A stretch of 42,306 nt of DNA from a bacterium. GTDB lineage: Bacteria > Actinomycetota > UBA4738 > HRBIN12. Where the stretch lies: NCBI GenBank assembly GCA_023251895.1, contig JAHEXX010000003.1, positions 1 through 42,306 of the forward strand, written 5' to 3'. Both the position numbers and the translations under genes were made by a program. Numbering within the stretch: the stretch's first letter is position 1; every line of letters starts with the position of its first letter. The notes beneath the pieces are model-generated. The model ran no database searches. It had not been told where the DNA came from and was given only the letters and a program-made list of their open reading frames with translations. Positions 17,568 through 27,586 of the stretch are shown here, piece by piece.

Positions 17568-18464
17568 ATGGGGCGCATGCAGATACCGGACGCGCAGGTC
17601 GTCGACCTGCGCGGTCCCGTCTCGTACCGTGAGTGGCCGGGGCCGAAGGCAAGGACGTTCGTCCTGAGCCACGGCCTGGGCGGGGCCCATGTCAACTGGG
17701 CGCAGGTCGCACCCGGCCTCGCGGAGCGAGGCCGGGTGCTGGTGCCCGACCTCGCCGGGTTCGGCGACACGCCGCTCGCCGGGCGTTCGGCCACTCTCAC
17801 GGCGAACCGGGAGCTGCTGTCGGCGTTCCTTGAGAAACTCGTGGGCGGGTCTGCCGTCCTGATCGGGAACTCGATGGGGGGCGCGATCTCGATGCTCCAG
17901 GCCGCGTTGGAGCCGGCGTCGGTGGAGGCGCTCGTGCTGTCGTCCTCGGTATTCCCGTGGGCGAAGGGGGCGCGGCCGGCCGCCATCGTGATGGTCGGGT
18001 TCGCCCTGTACCGGACGCCCGGGGTCGGCCGGTGGCTGGCAACCAGGCGCTTCCGCCACATGGACCCCGAACAGGCCGTGCGCATCGGGTTCCGCATCAT
18101 CACTGCAGATCCCCGGGCCATCCCCACCGACGTGGTCCTGGCACACGCGGAGCTGTTGCGGCAACGGCAGCGGGACCTCGAGGCGGAGGAGGCCTTCCTC
18201 CAGGCCACCAGGTCGCTGCTGTCCCTCGGCCGCCGCCCGGAGGTAAGCAGACGGATCCTCGACGGGATCGCGAGTCCAGTCCTGGTGATCCACGGCCGCC
18301 GCGACCGCCTGGTACCCATCGAGTTCGCCGAAGCCGCCGTCGAAGAACGCCCGAAGTGGCGACTCCGCGAGTTCCCCGACCTCGGCCACGTGCCCCAGCT
18401 CGAGGCTCCGGTGCGCTGGCTGGCCGCTGTCACCGGCTGGCTGGACGAACTCGACGCCGCCTGA
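17568..18464 (+). CDS. Alpha/beta hydrolase
   Basis: HGLGG, DLAGFG, GNSMGG, HGRRDRLV and GHVPQLE. Start is 17568 or 17577. Confidence 0.88.
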   Translation: MGRMQIPDAQVVDLRGPVSYREWPGPKARTFVLSHGLGGAHVNWAQVAPGLAERGRVLVPDLAGFGDTPLAGRSATLTANRELLSAFLEKLVGGSAVLIGNSMGGAISMLQAALEPASVEALVLSSSVFPWAKGARPAAIVMVGFALYRTPGVGRWLATRRFRHMDPEQAVRIGFRIITADPRAIPTDVVLAHAELLRQRQRDLEAEEAFLQATRSLLSLGRRPEVSRRILDGIASPVLVIHGRRDRLVPIEFAEAAVEERPKWRLREFPDLGHVPQLEAPVRWLAAVTGWLDELDAA

Positions 18465-18471
18465 CCACGGG

Positions 18472-19869
18472 CTACAGGCCGGCGGCCTTCCCGAGCTCGG
18501 CGATCGAATCCTCGAGGGCCCTGGCCAGGGAGTCGATGTCCGGCACGGCGTCCCAGTCGGCGGTCAGACCGAAGGCCATCGTCCCGGCGAGCGACGTGCA
18601 GGCGATGGAGAGCCCGGCGTTCTCGCCGAGCGGCATGGACGGGTAGCTCGCGAGCAACCGGGCACCGGCCAGGTACAGGGGCATCTGCGGCGCAGGGATG
18701 TTCGACACGACCAGGTTGAACCACGGGCCCCGCGAGGCCAGGCGGGCCGCCATCATGTGCAGCACGGGCGGCGCGTACGTCCCCAGGTTGATGATGGCGT
18801 CCGCACCGAGCGCCATCATCGACTCCTTCAGGTGCCGGGTCCCCTCCCGCACCAGCACGAGCCGGCGCTTCGATCCCATGGGGCCCACCGGCAGATCCAC
18901 GAACGCCGGCGCGACCCGGTTGCCGACCAGATCGTGCTGTTCGGGCGACCGCACAGAGACCGGCACCAAGGCGCGCAACGTGCGCCCGCGGGTCCGTTCG
19001 CCCCGGGTCCGGAGAAGGTTGTGGATCGCGCCGGCCGCGGCGGTCAGCACCACGTCGTTCACGGTGCCGCCGAGCGCGCGCTTCACCTCCTTGAACCGCT
19101 CGAGCGGCGCTTCAGCCATGGCGAACCGGCGGTTGGGGCCGATCTGCACGTCGAACGGTCCCACGGGCCGCCCGCCCATGCCCAGGATGTCGCGGGCGCC
19201 GGCGAGGGGGAGGCCGAGCGCCTCCGACACCACGGCCGGCGCCCGCACGAGCGTCCGGGCCGCCTCGACGAGGAGGCCGGCGGGGTGGAGCAGCTGGTCC
19301 TCGATGGCCTCGCGGACGAGGTCGGCCTCCGAAGGTGGCGGCTCCGGCGTCCACGGTTCGCCGGCCTCCTGAACGGACAGCTCGGGCGTCGTGTCGAACA
19401 CCGTCCCTGCTATGTGCATACCCGAGATGCCGTCGATCAGGCAGTGGTGCACCTTCAACAGCGTTGCGAGAAGCCCACCCTCCAGGCCTTCGTACACGTA
19501 CATCTCCCACAGCGGCTTGGAGCGATCCAGGGGACGTGACAGCACGCGCTGGACCGCGTCGGCCAGCTCGCGCCGGCCCCCAGGGTGAGGCAGCGCAGCC
19601 CGTCGGAGGTGGAAGGAGAGGTCGAAGTGCTCGTCGTCCACCCACACCGGCCTGGCCAGATTGAACGGCACCTGCAGCACCTTCTGCCGGAACCGAGGTG
19701 CCAGGTGGAGGCGGGAGGCGACGACCCGCCGGACGTCCTCGAACCGCAGGCGCCCGGTGGGGCACGTGGCGGGGTCCAGGATGGACAGCCCACCGACGTG
19801 CATGTGCATCGCCGGCCGCTCCAGGTAAAGGAACGACGCGTCGAGGGCCGTGAGTCTCTCGGGGGCCAT
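18472..19869 (-). CDS. Wax ester synthase/diacylglycerol acyltransferase (WS/DGAT)
   Basis: LTALDASFLYLE, PLDRSKPLWE, HHCLIDG, TVNDVVL and VVSNIPAP. Confidence 0.93.
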   Translation of the reverse strand: MAPERLTALDASFLYLERPAMHMHVGGLSILDPATCPTGRLRFEDVRRVVASRLHLAPRFRQKVLQVPFNLARPVWVDDEHFDLSFHLRRAALPHPGGRRELADAVQRVLSRPLDRSKPLWEMYVYEGLEGGLLATLLKVHHCLIDGISGMHIAGTVFDTTPELSVQEAGEPWTPEPPPSEADLVREAIEDQLLHPAGLLVEAARTLVRAPAVVSEALGLPLAGARDILGMGGRPVGPFDVQIGPNRRFAMAEAPLERFKEVKRALGGTVNDVVLTAAAGAIHNLLRTRGERTRGRTLRALVPVSVRSPEQHDLVGNRVAPAFVDLPVGPMGSKRRLVLVREGTRHLKESMMALGADAIINLGTYAPPVLHMMAARLASRGPWFNLVVSNIPAPQMPLYLAGARLLASYPSMPLGENAGLSIACTSLAGTMAFGLTADWDAVPDIDSLARALEDSIAELGKAAGL

Positions 19870-19946
19870 CGCAACTCCACGGTACCGCGTCCGGCGGGGC
19901 GCCGCGACCCGGGAGCGACCGGGTGCTATCGTCCGCGGCCGAGGCC

Positions 19947-21890
19947 ATGACCGTCCGACGCCCTCCGGCCACGCTCGTGCTCGCCGCCCTCGCTCTCGTT
20001 GCGATGGTCGGTATGCCGACAATCGCTCGCGCCGCGTACGAGGATGGCGGAACCTACACGGTCGAGGCCCGGGACAACTTCTTCGCCCCCGAAGTCGTTC
20101 GGATCCCCGTGGGCGGGACCCTGGTGTGGACGAACACCGGCCGCAACCCCCACACCGTCACCGCCGACGACGGTTCCGTGGACTCCGGGAACATGGCGCC
20201 CGGCGCGACCTACGAACGGACGTTCCATGCCTCCGGCGCCTATCCCTACTACTGCGTCTACCACGGCTCGGCTGGCCTCGGGATGGCCGGCACGGTCCTG
20301 GTGGGCGACGCGTCGCTCCCGGGCGAGGCCTCCGGCGTGGGCCCCGGACGGGAGGAGCCACCGGCGGTCGTGGGGCCGACCATCCGGGTGCCCACTGACC
20401 GCCCCACGATCCAGTCTGCCGTCGATCACGCGCAGCCCGGGGCGCTGATCATCGTCCAGCCCGGCGTCTATCACGAGGCGGTGAAGGTCACGACCCCGTT
20501 CCTGACGATCCGGGGAACCGACCGAAACCGGGTGATCCTGGACGGCGACTTCGAGCGGCCCAACGGCATCTTCGTGTTCGAGGCCGACGGTGTGGCGATC
20601 CAGAACATGACCGCGCGCCGCTACCTGCTGAATGGGTTCTACTGGTCGAGTGTCAACGGCTACCACGCGTCGTACCTGACCGCCTACGACAACGGCGACT
20701 ACGGCGTCTACGCGTACGACTCCCAGTACGGACGGTTCGACCACTCCTACGCGAGCGGGAGCCCCGACTCCGGCTTCTACATCGGCCAGTGCCACCCGTG
20801 CCACGCCGTCATCACCGACGTCCTGGCGGAGAACAACGCGCTCGGGTTCTCCGGCACCAACGCCAGCGGCGACCTCTACATCGTGAACTCGGAATGGCGA
20901 AACAACCTCTCCGGCATCGTCCCGAACACGCTCGACTCCGAGGAGCTGCCGCCGCAACGGGACGCGGTGATCGCCGGGAACTGGGTCCACGACAACAACA
21001 ACCTGGAGGCGCCGGCCAAGGCGCTCCAGTACCCCACGTACGGCATGGGGATCGTCGTGGGCGGCGGCCGGGATGACCTGGTGACCCACAACCTGGTCGA
21101 GAACCACGCCACGTTCGGGATCGTCGTGATCGTGAACCTTGACCGGAACGTCTGGGTCACGGCCGACAACGAGGTCCGCGACAACGTGGTGCGGGGTTCG
21201 GGTCGGGCCGACCTCGCCCTCGGGGCGCCGTCGGCGGGTGGCGACTGCTTCGCCGGGAACCGCTTCGACACGAGCCTGCCGCCGCTGATCCAGGCCCAGT
21301 ACGGCTGCGGATTCACACTGAACCCGGCCGGCGGCGGCGATCCCAGCGTCACGCTCGGGTCCCTCGTCCGGTTCGCCGAGGCCCAGGGCGGCGGCTTCTC
21401 ATCCGGCGACTGGAAGACCCAGCCCGCCCCCCCGCCCCAGCCCAACATGCCGGAGGCAACCGGCCTGCCGACGCAGCCGGCCGTTCCGGGGCCGGTGGTC
21501 CCCGGTGACTTCGAGATCCGCGACGCTCGCCGTTTGGACGTGCGAGCGAGCGTCCACCAGAGCCCGGAGGTGACCGTGATGGGTGTTCCGCTCGCGACCA
21601 CGTGGTGGGGAGTCCTGCTCGGGCTGTACGGCTACGTGTTACCGCTGGTGCTGTACTCGGCCTGGGTCTCGATCGCGCTGTGGGACCTGGTGCGGCAGGA
21701 CGCCGTGTCCACGTCCCGGCGGGCGTGGTGGATGGCCGGGATCCTGCTGGTGCCCGGGATCGGCCCCGTCGCCTACTATGCGCTCGGCCGGTCCCCCATC
21801 CCCCGGTCGCTCAGGCTGATGCTGGTGGTCGGAGGGCTCGCGATCTACCTGGCGATCGACGCGGTCCTCTACCTGATCGGTTCGAGCTAA
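19947..21890 (+). CDS. Exported cupredoxin + right-handed beta-helix (NosD-like) protein with C-terminal membrane anchor (PLDc_N-like)
   Basis: Signal peptide, type-1 Cu ligands PHTV...YYCVYH...GM, TIQSAVD...PGVYHE, Asn/Gly-rich repeats and three C-terminal hydrophobic helices. Confidence 0.8.
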   Translation: MTVRRPPATLVLAALALVAMVGMPTIARAAYEDGGTYTVEARDNFFAPEVVRIPVGGTLVWTNTGRNPHTVTADDGSVDSGNMAPGATYERTFHASGAYPYYCVYHGSAGLGMAGTVLVGDASLPGEASGVGPGREEPPAVVGPTIRVPTDRPTIQSAVDHAQPGALIIVQPGVYHEAVKVTTPFLTIRGTDRNRVILDGDFERPNGIFVFEADGVAIQNMTARRYLLNGFYWSSVNGYHASYLTAYDNGDYGVYAYDSQYGRFDHSYASGSPDSGFYIGQCHPCHAVITDVLAENNALGFSGTNASGDLYIVNSEWRNNLSGIVPNTLDSEELPPQRDAVIAGNWVHDNNNLEAPAKALQYPTYGMGIVVGGGRDDLVTHNLVENHATFGIVVIVNLDRNVWVTADNEVRDNVVRGSGRADLALGAPSAGGDCFAGNRFDTSLPPLIQAQYGCGFTLNPAGGGDPSVTLGSLVRFAEAQGGGFSSGDWKTQPAPPPQPNMPEATGLPTQPAVPGPVVPGDFEIRDARRLDVRASVHQSPEVTVMGVPLATTWWGVLLGLYGYVLPLVLYSAWVSIALWDLVRQDAVSTSRRAWWMAGILLVPGIGPVAYYALGRSPIPRSLRLMLVVGGLAIYLAIDAVLYLIGSS

Positions 21891-22804
21891 GGGATCTCGG
21901 CCGGCGTCACGGTCTTGCGAGCCGTGGCGGCCATCACCGACCCCACAACGATCAGCACGCCGCCCGACGCCAGGCCCGGACCCACCTTCTCACCGAGGAT
22001 CGCGAAGCCCAGGATCGCCGCGGTGAGCGGCTCGGACGAGGAGATGATGGCGGTGCGCACGGACCCCAGCCGCTTCAACCCCTCGAGCAGGCACACGAAA
22101 GCCCCGGCGGTGCATGCGCTCATCCCGAAGATCGGCCACCACCCGTGCCAGCTCGTCGGCACATCGAAGTTCCCGGTCATCAACGCGAAGACGAGCAAGC
22201 CCGATGACGCGGCGGCAGCCTGCCACATCGAGCCGGTCAGCGCATTGGTCCCCTTGATCACATGATCGGCGCCGATCAGGTACGCGGTGTACATCAGCGC
22301 CGACCCCAACGCGAAGACCACGCCGATGGTCTCGATCGCGATGCCCCCGGATGTGCCGACGATCAGCGCAGCTCCCGAGACCGCGCACGCGAGCGCGGCG
22401 ACGGTCAGCCCGCCGGGACGTCCCCAGCCCAGGGTCCACGAGGCCAGGGTCACGAAGACCGGATAGGTGAAGAACAGGAGCGTGACCGCGCCTGCCGTTC
22501 CGTGTGGCACCGCCGCGAAGAACAGGGACGCCTCCACCGCGTACCCGGCGATCCCGATCACCACGATCCCGAGGCGCTCCCCAGGCACCGGCGCCAGCGG
22601 CAGGCGCACGGCGACGAGAACTGGAACGAGCACGAGTGCTGCCAGAGCGAAGCGGATCGCCAGCATCGACACGACGGGGATGCCGGTCCGCAGCTCGACC
22701 TTGCCCAAGATGACCACCAGGCCGAAGAAGAACGCAGACAGGAACAGAAGGAAGGCACCCAGCAGGTCTCCTCGCTGCTGTGTTCCTCGTGCGGTCGCGC
22801 TCAC
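21887..22804 (-). CDS. DMT/EamA family transporter
   Basis: About 10 hydrophobic segments with a duplicated EamA pattern (YPVFV; EPLTAAILGFAILGE). Confidence 0.88.
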   Translation of the reverse strand: MSATARGTQQRGDLLGAFLLFLSAFFFGLVVILGKVELRTGIPVVSMLAIRFALAALVLVPVLVAVRLPLAPVPGERLGIVVIGIAGYAVEASLFFAAVPHGTAGAVTLLFFTYPVFVTLASWTLGWGRPGGLTVAALACAVSGAALIVGTSGGIAIETIGVVFALGSALMYTAYLIGADHVIKGTNALTGSMWQAAAASSGLLVFALMTGNFDVPTSWHGWWPIFGMSACTAGAFVCLLEGLKRLGSVRTAIISSSEPLTAAILGFAILGEKVGPGLASGGVLIVVGSVMAATARKTVTPAEIP

Positions 22805-22852
22805 GCCGGGAAGTATCTCAGCGCCGCTCAGGCCGACGGAGGAGATACATCG

Positions 22853-23638
22853 CTACGCCTCCGCGAGGAACGCCGCGACCCGCTGCGCGATGGCGGCGAT
22901 CGCCGAGAATAGCTCCTCGACGTTCGCGTACTCCATCAGCTCGGCGTTGGGCAGCAGATCCGCCAGAATGCGCCCCAGCTCGACCGGATGGATGGGGTCG
23001 TCGTCCACGCAGATCAAAAGGACCGGGGCCGTCACGGCGCGGAGCAGCTCCCGATCGGACACCGGGAAGTCCTCGATTACGCCGCGGATCGCGCGGGCCA
23101 GCGCGTCGGGTTCCCCGTGCTCCCACAGCGCACGGTCGAGCTCGATCCGCCACGGCATCGCCAGATACTCGTTCACGCGCTCGGGGTCGGAGAGCAGGGC
23201 ATCGACCGCCTGCTCCGGCGTCCTCCCCTGGACCTGGGAGGCCATGTGGTGGAACCGCTCCTTGTACTGGAACGGCCGGTCCAGGCCGGCCGGCAGCAGG
23301 AACACCATCCGCTCGAACCGATCGGGCCTTCGCGTGAGGAGGTTCCCTATGGCGCCCGCGCCCAGGGATGTCCCTACCGCGCAGGTCGCGCCATACGCGT
23401 CGGCCACCGCCTCCAGGTCGTCGGCGAAGTCGGCGAACCGGAACCCGGCGTCGGGCGAGGTCCGGGAATGGCCGTGGCCCCGGAAGCAGAACCGCACCTT
23501 CGTTCCCGGCACGAGAGGGGTGAACGCGGCCAACTCGCGGCAGCTGTTCGTCAGGCCGTGCGCCAGCACGGTGACCGGCTCGCCGTCGCCGTCGATCTCG
23601 ACGTGCAGGGTCGCTTGGGGCGTGACGATCTCGGGCAC
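22853..23638 (-). CDS. Alpha/beta hydrolase
   Basis: AHGL, FRGHGHS, GTSLGAG and DDPIHP. GGAGG RBS before GTG 23638. Confidence 0.85.
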   Translation of the reverse strand: MPEIVTPQATLHVEIDGDGEPVTVLAHGLTNSCRELAAFTPLVPGTKVRFCFRGHGHSRTSPDAGFRFADFADDLEAVADAYGATCAVGTSLGAGAIGNLLTRRPDRFERMVFLLPAGLDRPFQYKERFHHMASQVQGRTPEQAVDALLSDPERVNEYLAMPWRIELDRALWEHGEPDALARAIRGVIEDFPVSDRELLRAVTAPVLLICVDDDPIHPVELGRILADLLPNAELMEYANVEELFSAIAAIAQRVAAFLAEA

Positions 23639-23719
23639 AACGCCTCCGGACGTTCCGACGCGAACCATCCTCTCAGGTCGTAGTGGAGACGAGTTCCGTC
23701 ACCCCAGGACCGTCACGCC

Positions 23720-24130
23720 TCAATAGCGGCGGAACATCCCGGGCGCGTCGTCGGGCCTGGCCCGGAACCCGTACCGTTCGTAGAACCCCTCATACCCCTT
23801 GGCCGCCATCAGCCCCACGAACGCCCCCGGAGGCGCGTGCTGCTCGAGCCAGGCCATCACCGCATCCATGATCCGCGCCCCGAGCCCGCGCCCCTGGAAC
23901 TCTGGCAGGACAACGATGTCCTGGACGTAGAAATACAGGCCGCCGTCGCCGGCCACTCGGCCGCACCCGACCACGCGCCCGTCGTGCACCAGGGCGATCG
24001 AATACAGCTCGCGGCCGAGCGAGGCGGCGACCGCGGCTTCCGACACCTCGCTCCAGCCCACCGACCGGCGCAGGGGGAAGTACTCGTCGGGAGTGAGGAC
24101 CCGCTCGATCAGCTCGAACCCATCGGTCAC
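23720..24130 (-). CDS. GNAT N-acetyltransferase
   Basis: DIVVLPEFQGRGLG acetyl-CoA motif and FYERYGF. Confidence 0.9.
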   Translation of the reverse strand: MTDGFELIERVLTPDEYFPLRRSVGWSEVSEAAVAASLGRELYSIALVHDGRVVGCGRVAGDGGLYFYVQDIVVLPEFQGRGLGARIMDAVMAWLEQHAPPGAFVGLMAAKGYEGFYERYGFRARPDDAPGMFRRY

Positions 24131-24139
24131 GCCGACAGG

Positions 24140-27100
24140 CTACGACGAGGTGTCGGCCGGAACCGGCTCCGCCACGTCGTCACCGCGGGCCAGCTGGTCG
24201 CCGATCCTCCCCGACCAGGCCCAGATCAAAGCCGTAACGACCAGGAAGGCCACGCCGGACGCGATCAGGATGGGGCGAACCCGATTCTCCGACCAGATCA
24301 ACGAAAGGATCAGCGCCGGCACGATCCAGCCCAGGTTGTACGCGATGTCGAACAGGCTGAACCCGCGCCCCCGGAAGTCGTCGGGCAGGGCCTGTTGCAT
24401 GATGGTGTCGGCCGAGATCTTCCCCAGGAAGAACCCGAAGGCTCCGACGAACGTGATGGCCGCGTACCCGGCGATGCTCTGGACACCGCCGAACAGGATG
24501 ACCCCGACCCCCAACGTCCCCATCGCCGAAAGGAGCAGCCGGATCGGCGGGACGTGGTCCCTGAACTTCTGGGCAACCACCATGCCGATGGCCGCGCCCA
24601 CCGCCCCCGTCGCGCCGGCGACCGCCACGGCCGCGTCGCCGCCCTTCGCCCCCGTCAGCAGGTTCCGGGCCTGCAGGGCGAAGACGAGGGCCACGAAGCC
24701 GAAGAACTCCATCCGCAGCGCCTGGAACGAGGTCAGGCCGAGGGCCGCGGCGGGCCGGCGCACGACCTCCCGCAGCCCGGCACCGATGTCTCGGACGATC
24801 CGCCGGACTTCCTCCCCGAACGCCGTGGCCCGCTTCGTATACTCCAGGCGATCAATCTGCTTGGCCACGATCGCGGCCACGGCATACAACCCCGCACCGA
24901 CCAACGCGACGAGTCCAGCGCTGGCTCCTCCGGTAGCGACGAAGGCGAGCCCTCCGCCGAACAGCTGGAAGATGGCCCCACCGGCCTGCGAGAGTCCGTT
25001 GCCCTGCAACAGGTCCTTGCCCTGCAGGACGGCCGGCAGGCCGGCGGACTTGATCGCGAGCAGCATCCGGGTGCAGGCCAACGCGATCAAGATGGCCAGG
25101 ATCGGCACGACGTCGGACAGCCTGTCCCCCAGCCCGGTCAGCGCGATCGCCGCCATCGCCACCACCGCAGCCCGGAACAGGTTGGAGACGACCAGCAGCC
25201 GACGGCGCTCGAACCGGTCAACGAACACGCCGACGAAGGGGCTCACGAATGTGTACGGCACGTACAGCGCGAGCACCACGATCAGCAGGTACCGGGTGGA
25301 CGGCACGTTCGCGACGTCGAAGCCCTTCTCGTTGCCGATGGCGATGGCCTTGGCCAGCGAGCCCTGGACCATGCCGTCGGCCATCTGCGCCACGAACTGC
25401 ACACCCATCAGCGCGGCGAAGCTGCGGTTGGAGAACACCGCGAACATCCTGTTGAAGAAGCCGGAGAAGGCCTGGAGCGGCCGCAGGAGCCTTCGCCGCC
25501 AGGCCGCCAGGCCGGCGGCGACGCCGGTCGCGATCGCCAGCGAGATCCACGCGTCTGCCGAGCTGAACGCGTTCCGGGTCACCGCGATCACGGCGATGGC
25601 CGACAGGATGACGAGCGCCATCGAGACACCGGGGATCAGAGCGATCTTCGTCCACGGGTCGTCGATCTCGAACCACTTCGAGGCGATCAGGCCGGGCAGC
25701 ACGACGAGCAGGAACAGCCCGCCGAGGACCCGGAGCGTGTGCAACGGGTTCTCCCACGGCCTCGCCGGATGGGACAGCCGAGCGGCCACACGGTCGCTGG
25801 CGGCCTTCGCCGCGGCGACGGCCCGCGGCGAGGGGGAGGCCAGATCCGGGCCGGTGACGACCGAGACATCGGGCGTGACCCGAGTGAAGCGGCCGAGATC
25901 CGCGTCCGCGTCGACGCTGCCCCGGTAGAAACCGCGGATCAGGAACACGACCGGCTTGCCGTCCGCGTACTGAGAGAGCTTGTGCCCGAGCTGGCCGAAG
26001 TACATCTTCGAGACCTTCGTGTACTCCGGGGAATTCCCCTCGGTCGGCCGCCCTGCCAGGAAGTCGTGCACCGACCCGAAGAAGGTCGCCGACCGCTGGG
26101 CCGCCGGACCGGGGAGCCCGTTGCGGGCCACGTTGGTGAAGGTCTTGGCCCACCCGTAGGCAACCGGGTCATCCCGGTAGTTCACGACGAAGACATTGGC
26201 CTGGTCGGGGTCAGTCCGGGCCACGATCTCGTGGACGGCCGCCAGCGCGGCGCGGGTCTCCTGGTTGATCCACTGGTTCTTCTCGGTGGTCCACCGGTGT
26301 TGCAGGCCGTCGTTGATGACGAAGCCGAGGGCGACCACGATCAGGATGCATCCGGCTAGACCGACGACCCGACGGGGCCCCTCACCACGGAGCAGCCACC
26401 GAAGGGCCACCCACGCCCCCAGCCCGGCCAGCCCCATGAAGGCAGCCGTGGCGTTGACGAACCGGTAGTACGGGTACGGCTTGGCGACGAACAGGAACCC
26501 GAGCGCGCCGAGTAGGGGCAGCAGCCACGCGATCGACAGCGCCCCGAACTCGCTGGAGGGTTGGCGGTCCCGCCGGGCTCGCCATACCGTCCACCCGATG
26601 GCCAGGGCGATGAGCGGGAACGTGATGAGCGGCTCCAGGCTGGCGAACCAACCCGCCAGGCGGTTCAGGAAGAAGTCCCTGGTGTAGGGCGGCGGCACCG
26701 CCGCGTCCTTCAGCGACCCGGCAGGCCCCCATATCCCCACCACCCATAGGCCAAAGCCGAAGACCATGCCGGCGCCGGTGGTCAGCAGGCTGGGGCCGTA
26801 CCGCTTCAGCGCCGGGGCGATCCGGAATCGGCTGGTCAGGAAGCTCACGCCGAACGCGGCCATCATCGCCAGACCGAAGAACACGCACGTCGTCGGGTGC
26901 GTGAAGGCCGCCAGCACGGCCAGCAGGAACACCGCCGACCTTGCGCCCCAGGAGGTGCGGGCCGCCGGATAGAAGGCCAAGAGCGACGACAGCACGAACA
27001 AGACGGTGATGTTGTCGAGGTATCCCACGAACGGCGTGGTCAGGAACAGCCCGACGGTCGCGAACAGGACAAGCAGGAACAGCAGCGGGTCGCGATGCTG

Positions 27101-27499
27101 TCGGTACGCGAACGCACCGAGCGCGAGGCCCGTCAGCACCGGGATCCCGATCATCATGAACGCGCTGAACGTGAACCGGTCGATGCCCGCGATCCGCCGG
27201 AGCATCGCGCCGGCGAGGGGCACGCTCACCCGGTAGCCGCCGGCGAAGACTCCCCCGGGCCCCCATCCCTGGGCCAGGCGACCGGGGGCGCCCTCCATGA
27301 TCACGTTTGCCCGCCACGAGTACCAGGCGGGATCGCGGGTCGGGGCGGTCATGCTGGTGTCGGCGAGGAACCCCCAGCCCAACGCGGCCAGCAGGACAAG
27401 GGCCAGGGCCACCAGCACGATCGGACGCGAGAGCCACCCGTCTTCGGTCTCCGGGGGATGGACGACCTGGCTCGTCGGAGCGTCCTTGGTCAGCGTCAC
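24140..27499 (-). CDS. Large polytopic membrane protein: GT-C-like N-terminal half fused to a C-terminal MFS transporter
   Basis: One 1119-aa frame. The C-terminal ~430 aa has MFS motif A (GVFVDRFERRR) and DDFRGRGFS. The N-terminal part has many TM segments with DPAWY after TM1 (GT-C assignment is inferred). Confidence 0.75.
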   Translation of the reverse strand: MTLTKDAPTSQVVHPPETEDGWLSRPIVLVALALVLLAALGWGFLADTSMTAPTRDPAWYSWRANVIMEGAPGRLAQGWGPGGVFAGGYRVSVPLAGAMLRRIAGIDRFTFSAFMMIGIPVLTGLALGAFAYRQHRDPLLFLLVLFATVGLFLTTPFVGYLDNITVLFVLSSLLAFYPAARTSWGARSAVFLLAVLAAFTHPTTCVFFGLAMMAAFGVSFLTSRFRIAPALKRYGPSLLTTGAGMVFGFGLWVVGIWGPAGSLKDAAVPPPYTRDFFLNRLAGWFASLEPLITFPLIALAIGWTVWRARRDRQPSSEFGALSIAWLLPLLGALGFLFVAKPYPYYRFVNATAAFMGLAGLGAWVALRWLLRGEGPRRVVGLAGCILIVVALGFVINDGLQHRWTTEKNQWINQETRAALAAVHEIVARTDPDQANVFVVNYRDDPVAYGWAKTFTNVARNGLPGPAAQRSATFFGSVHDFLAGRPTEGNSPEYTKVSKMYFGQLGHKLSQYADGKPVVFLIRGFYRGSVDADADLGRFTRVTPDVSVVTGPDLASPSPRAVAAAKAASDRVAARLSHPARPWENPLHTLRVLGGLFLLVVLPGLIASKWFEIDDPWTKIALIPGVSMALVILSAIAVIAVTRNAFSSADAWISLAIATGVAAGLAAWRRRLLRPLQAFSGFFNRMFAVFSNRSFAALMGVQFVAQMADGMVQGSLAKAIAIGNEKGFDVANVPSTRYLLIVVLALYVPYTFVSPFVGVFVDRFERRRLLVVSNLFRAAVVAMAAIALTGLGDRLSDVVPILAILIALACTRMLLAIKSAGLPAVLQGKDLLQGNGLSQAGGAIFQLFGGGLAFVATGGASAGLVALVGAGLYAVAAIVAKQIDRLEYTKRATAFGEEVRRIVRDIGAGLREVVRRPAAALGLTSFQALRMEFFGFVALVFALQARNLLTGAKGGDAAVAVAGATGAVGAAIGMVVAQKFRDHVPPIRLLLSAMGTLGVGVILFGGVQSIAGYAAITFVGAFGFFLGKISADTIMQQALPDDFRGRGFSLFDIAYNLGWIVPALILSLIWSENRVRPILIASGVAFLVVTALIWAWSGRIGDQLARGDDVAEPVPADTSS

Positions 27500-27564
27500 T
27501 CCCCCTCGTTCTTTCGGAAAGCCGGACGGTCTGCCCCGGCCTCGGGGAGACGCACCAGGATAGA

Positions 27565-27581
27565 CGACGGCATGGCCGTCG
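27565..27581 (-). terminator. Hairpin after the phosphoesterase stop
   Basis: CGACGGC-ATG-GCCGTCG 7-bp stem, 5 nt past the TAA. Only a weak U-tract. Confidence 0.35.
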
Positions 27582-27586
27582 AACGC

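Noticed and set aside
19870-19946. DosR box upstream of WS/DGAT, by analogy to tgs1
   Set aside because: No GGGAC-N4-GTCCC-like match was seen in the intergenic region.
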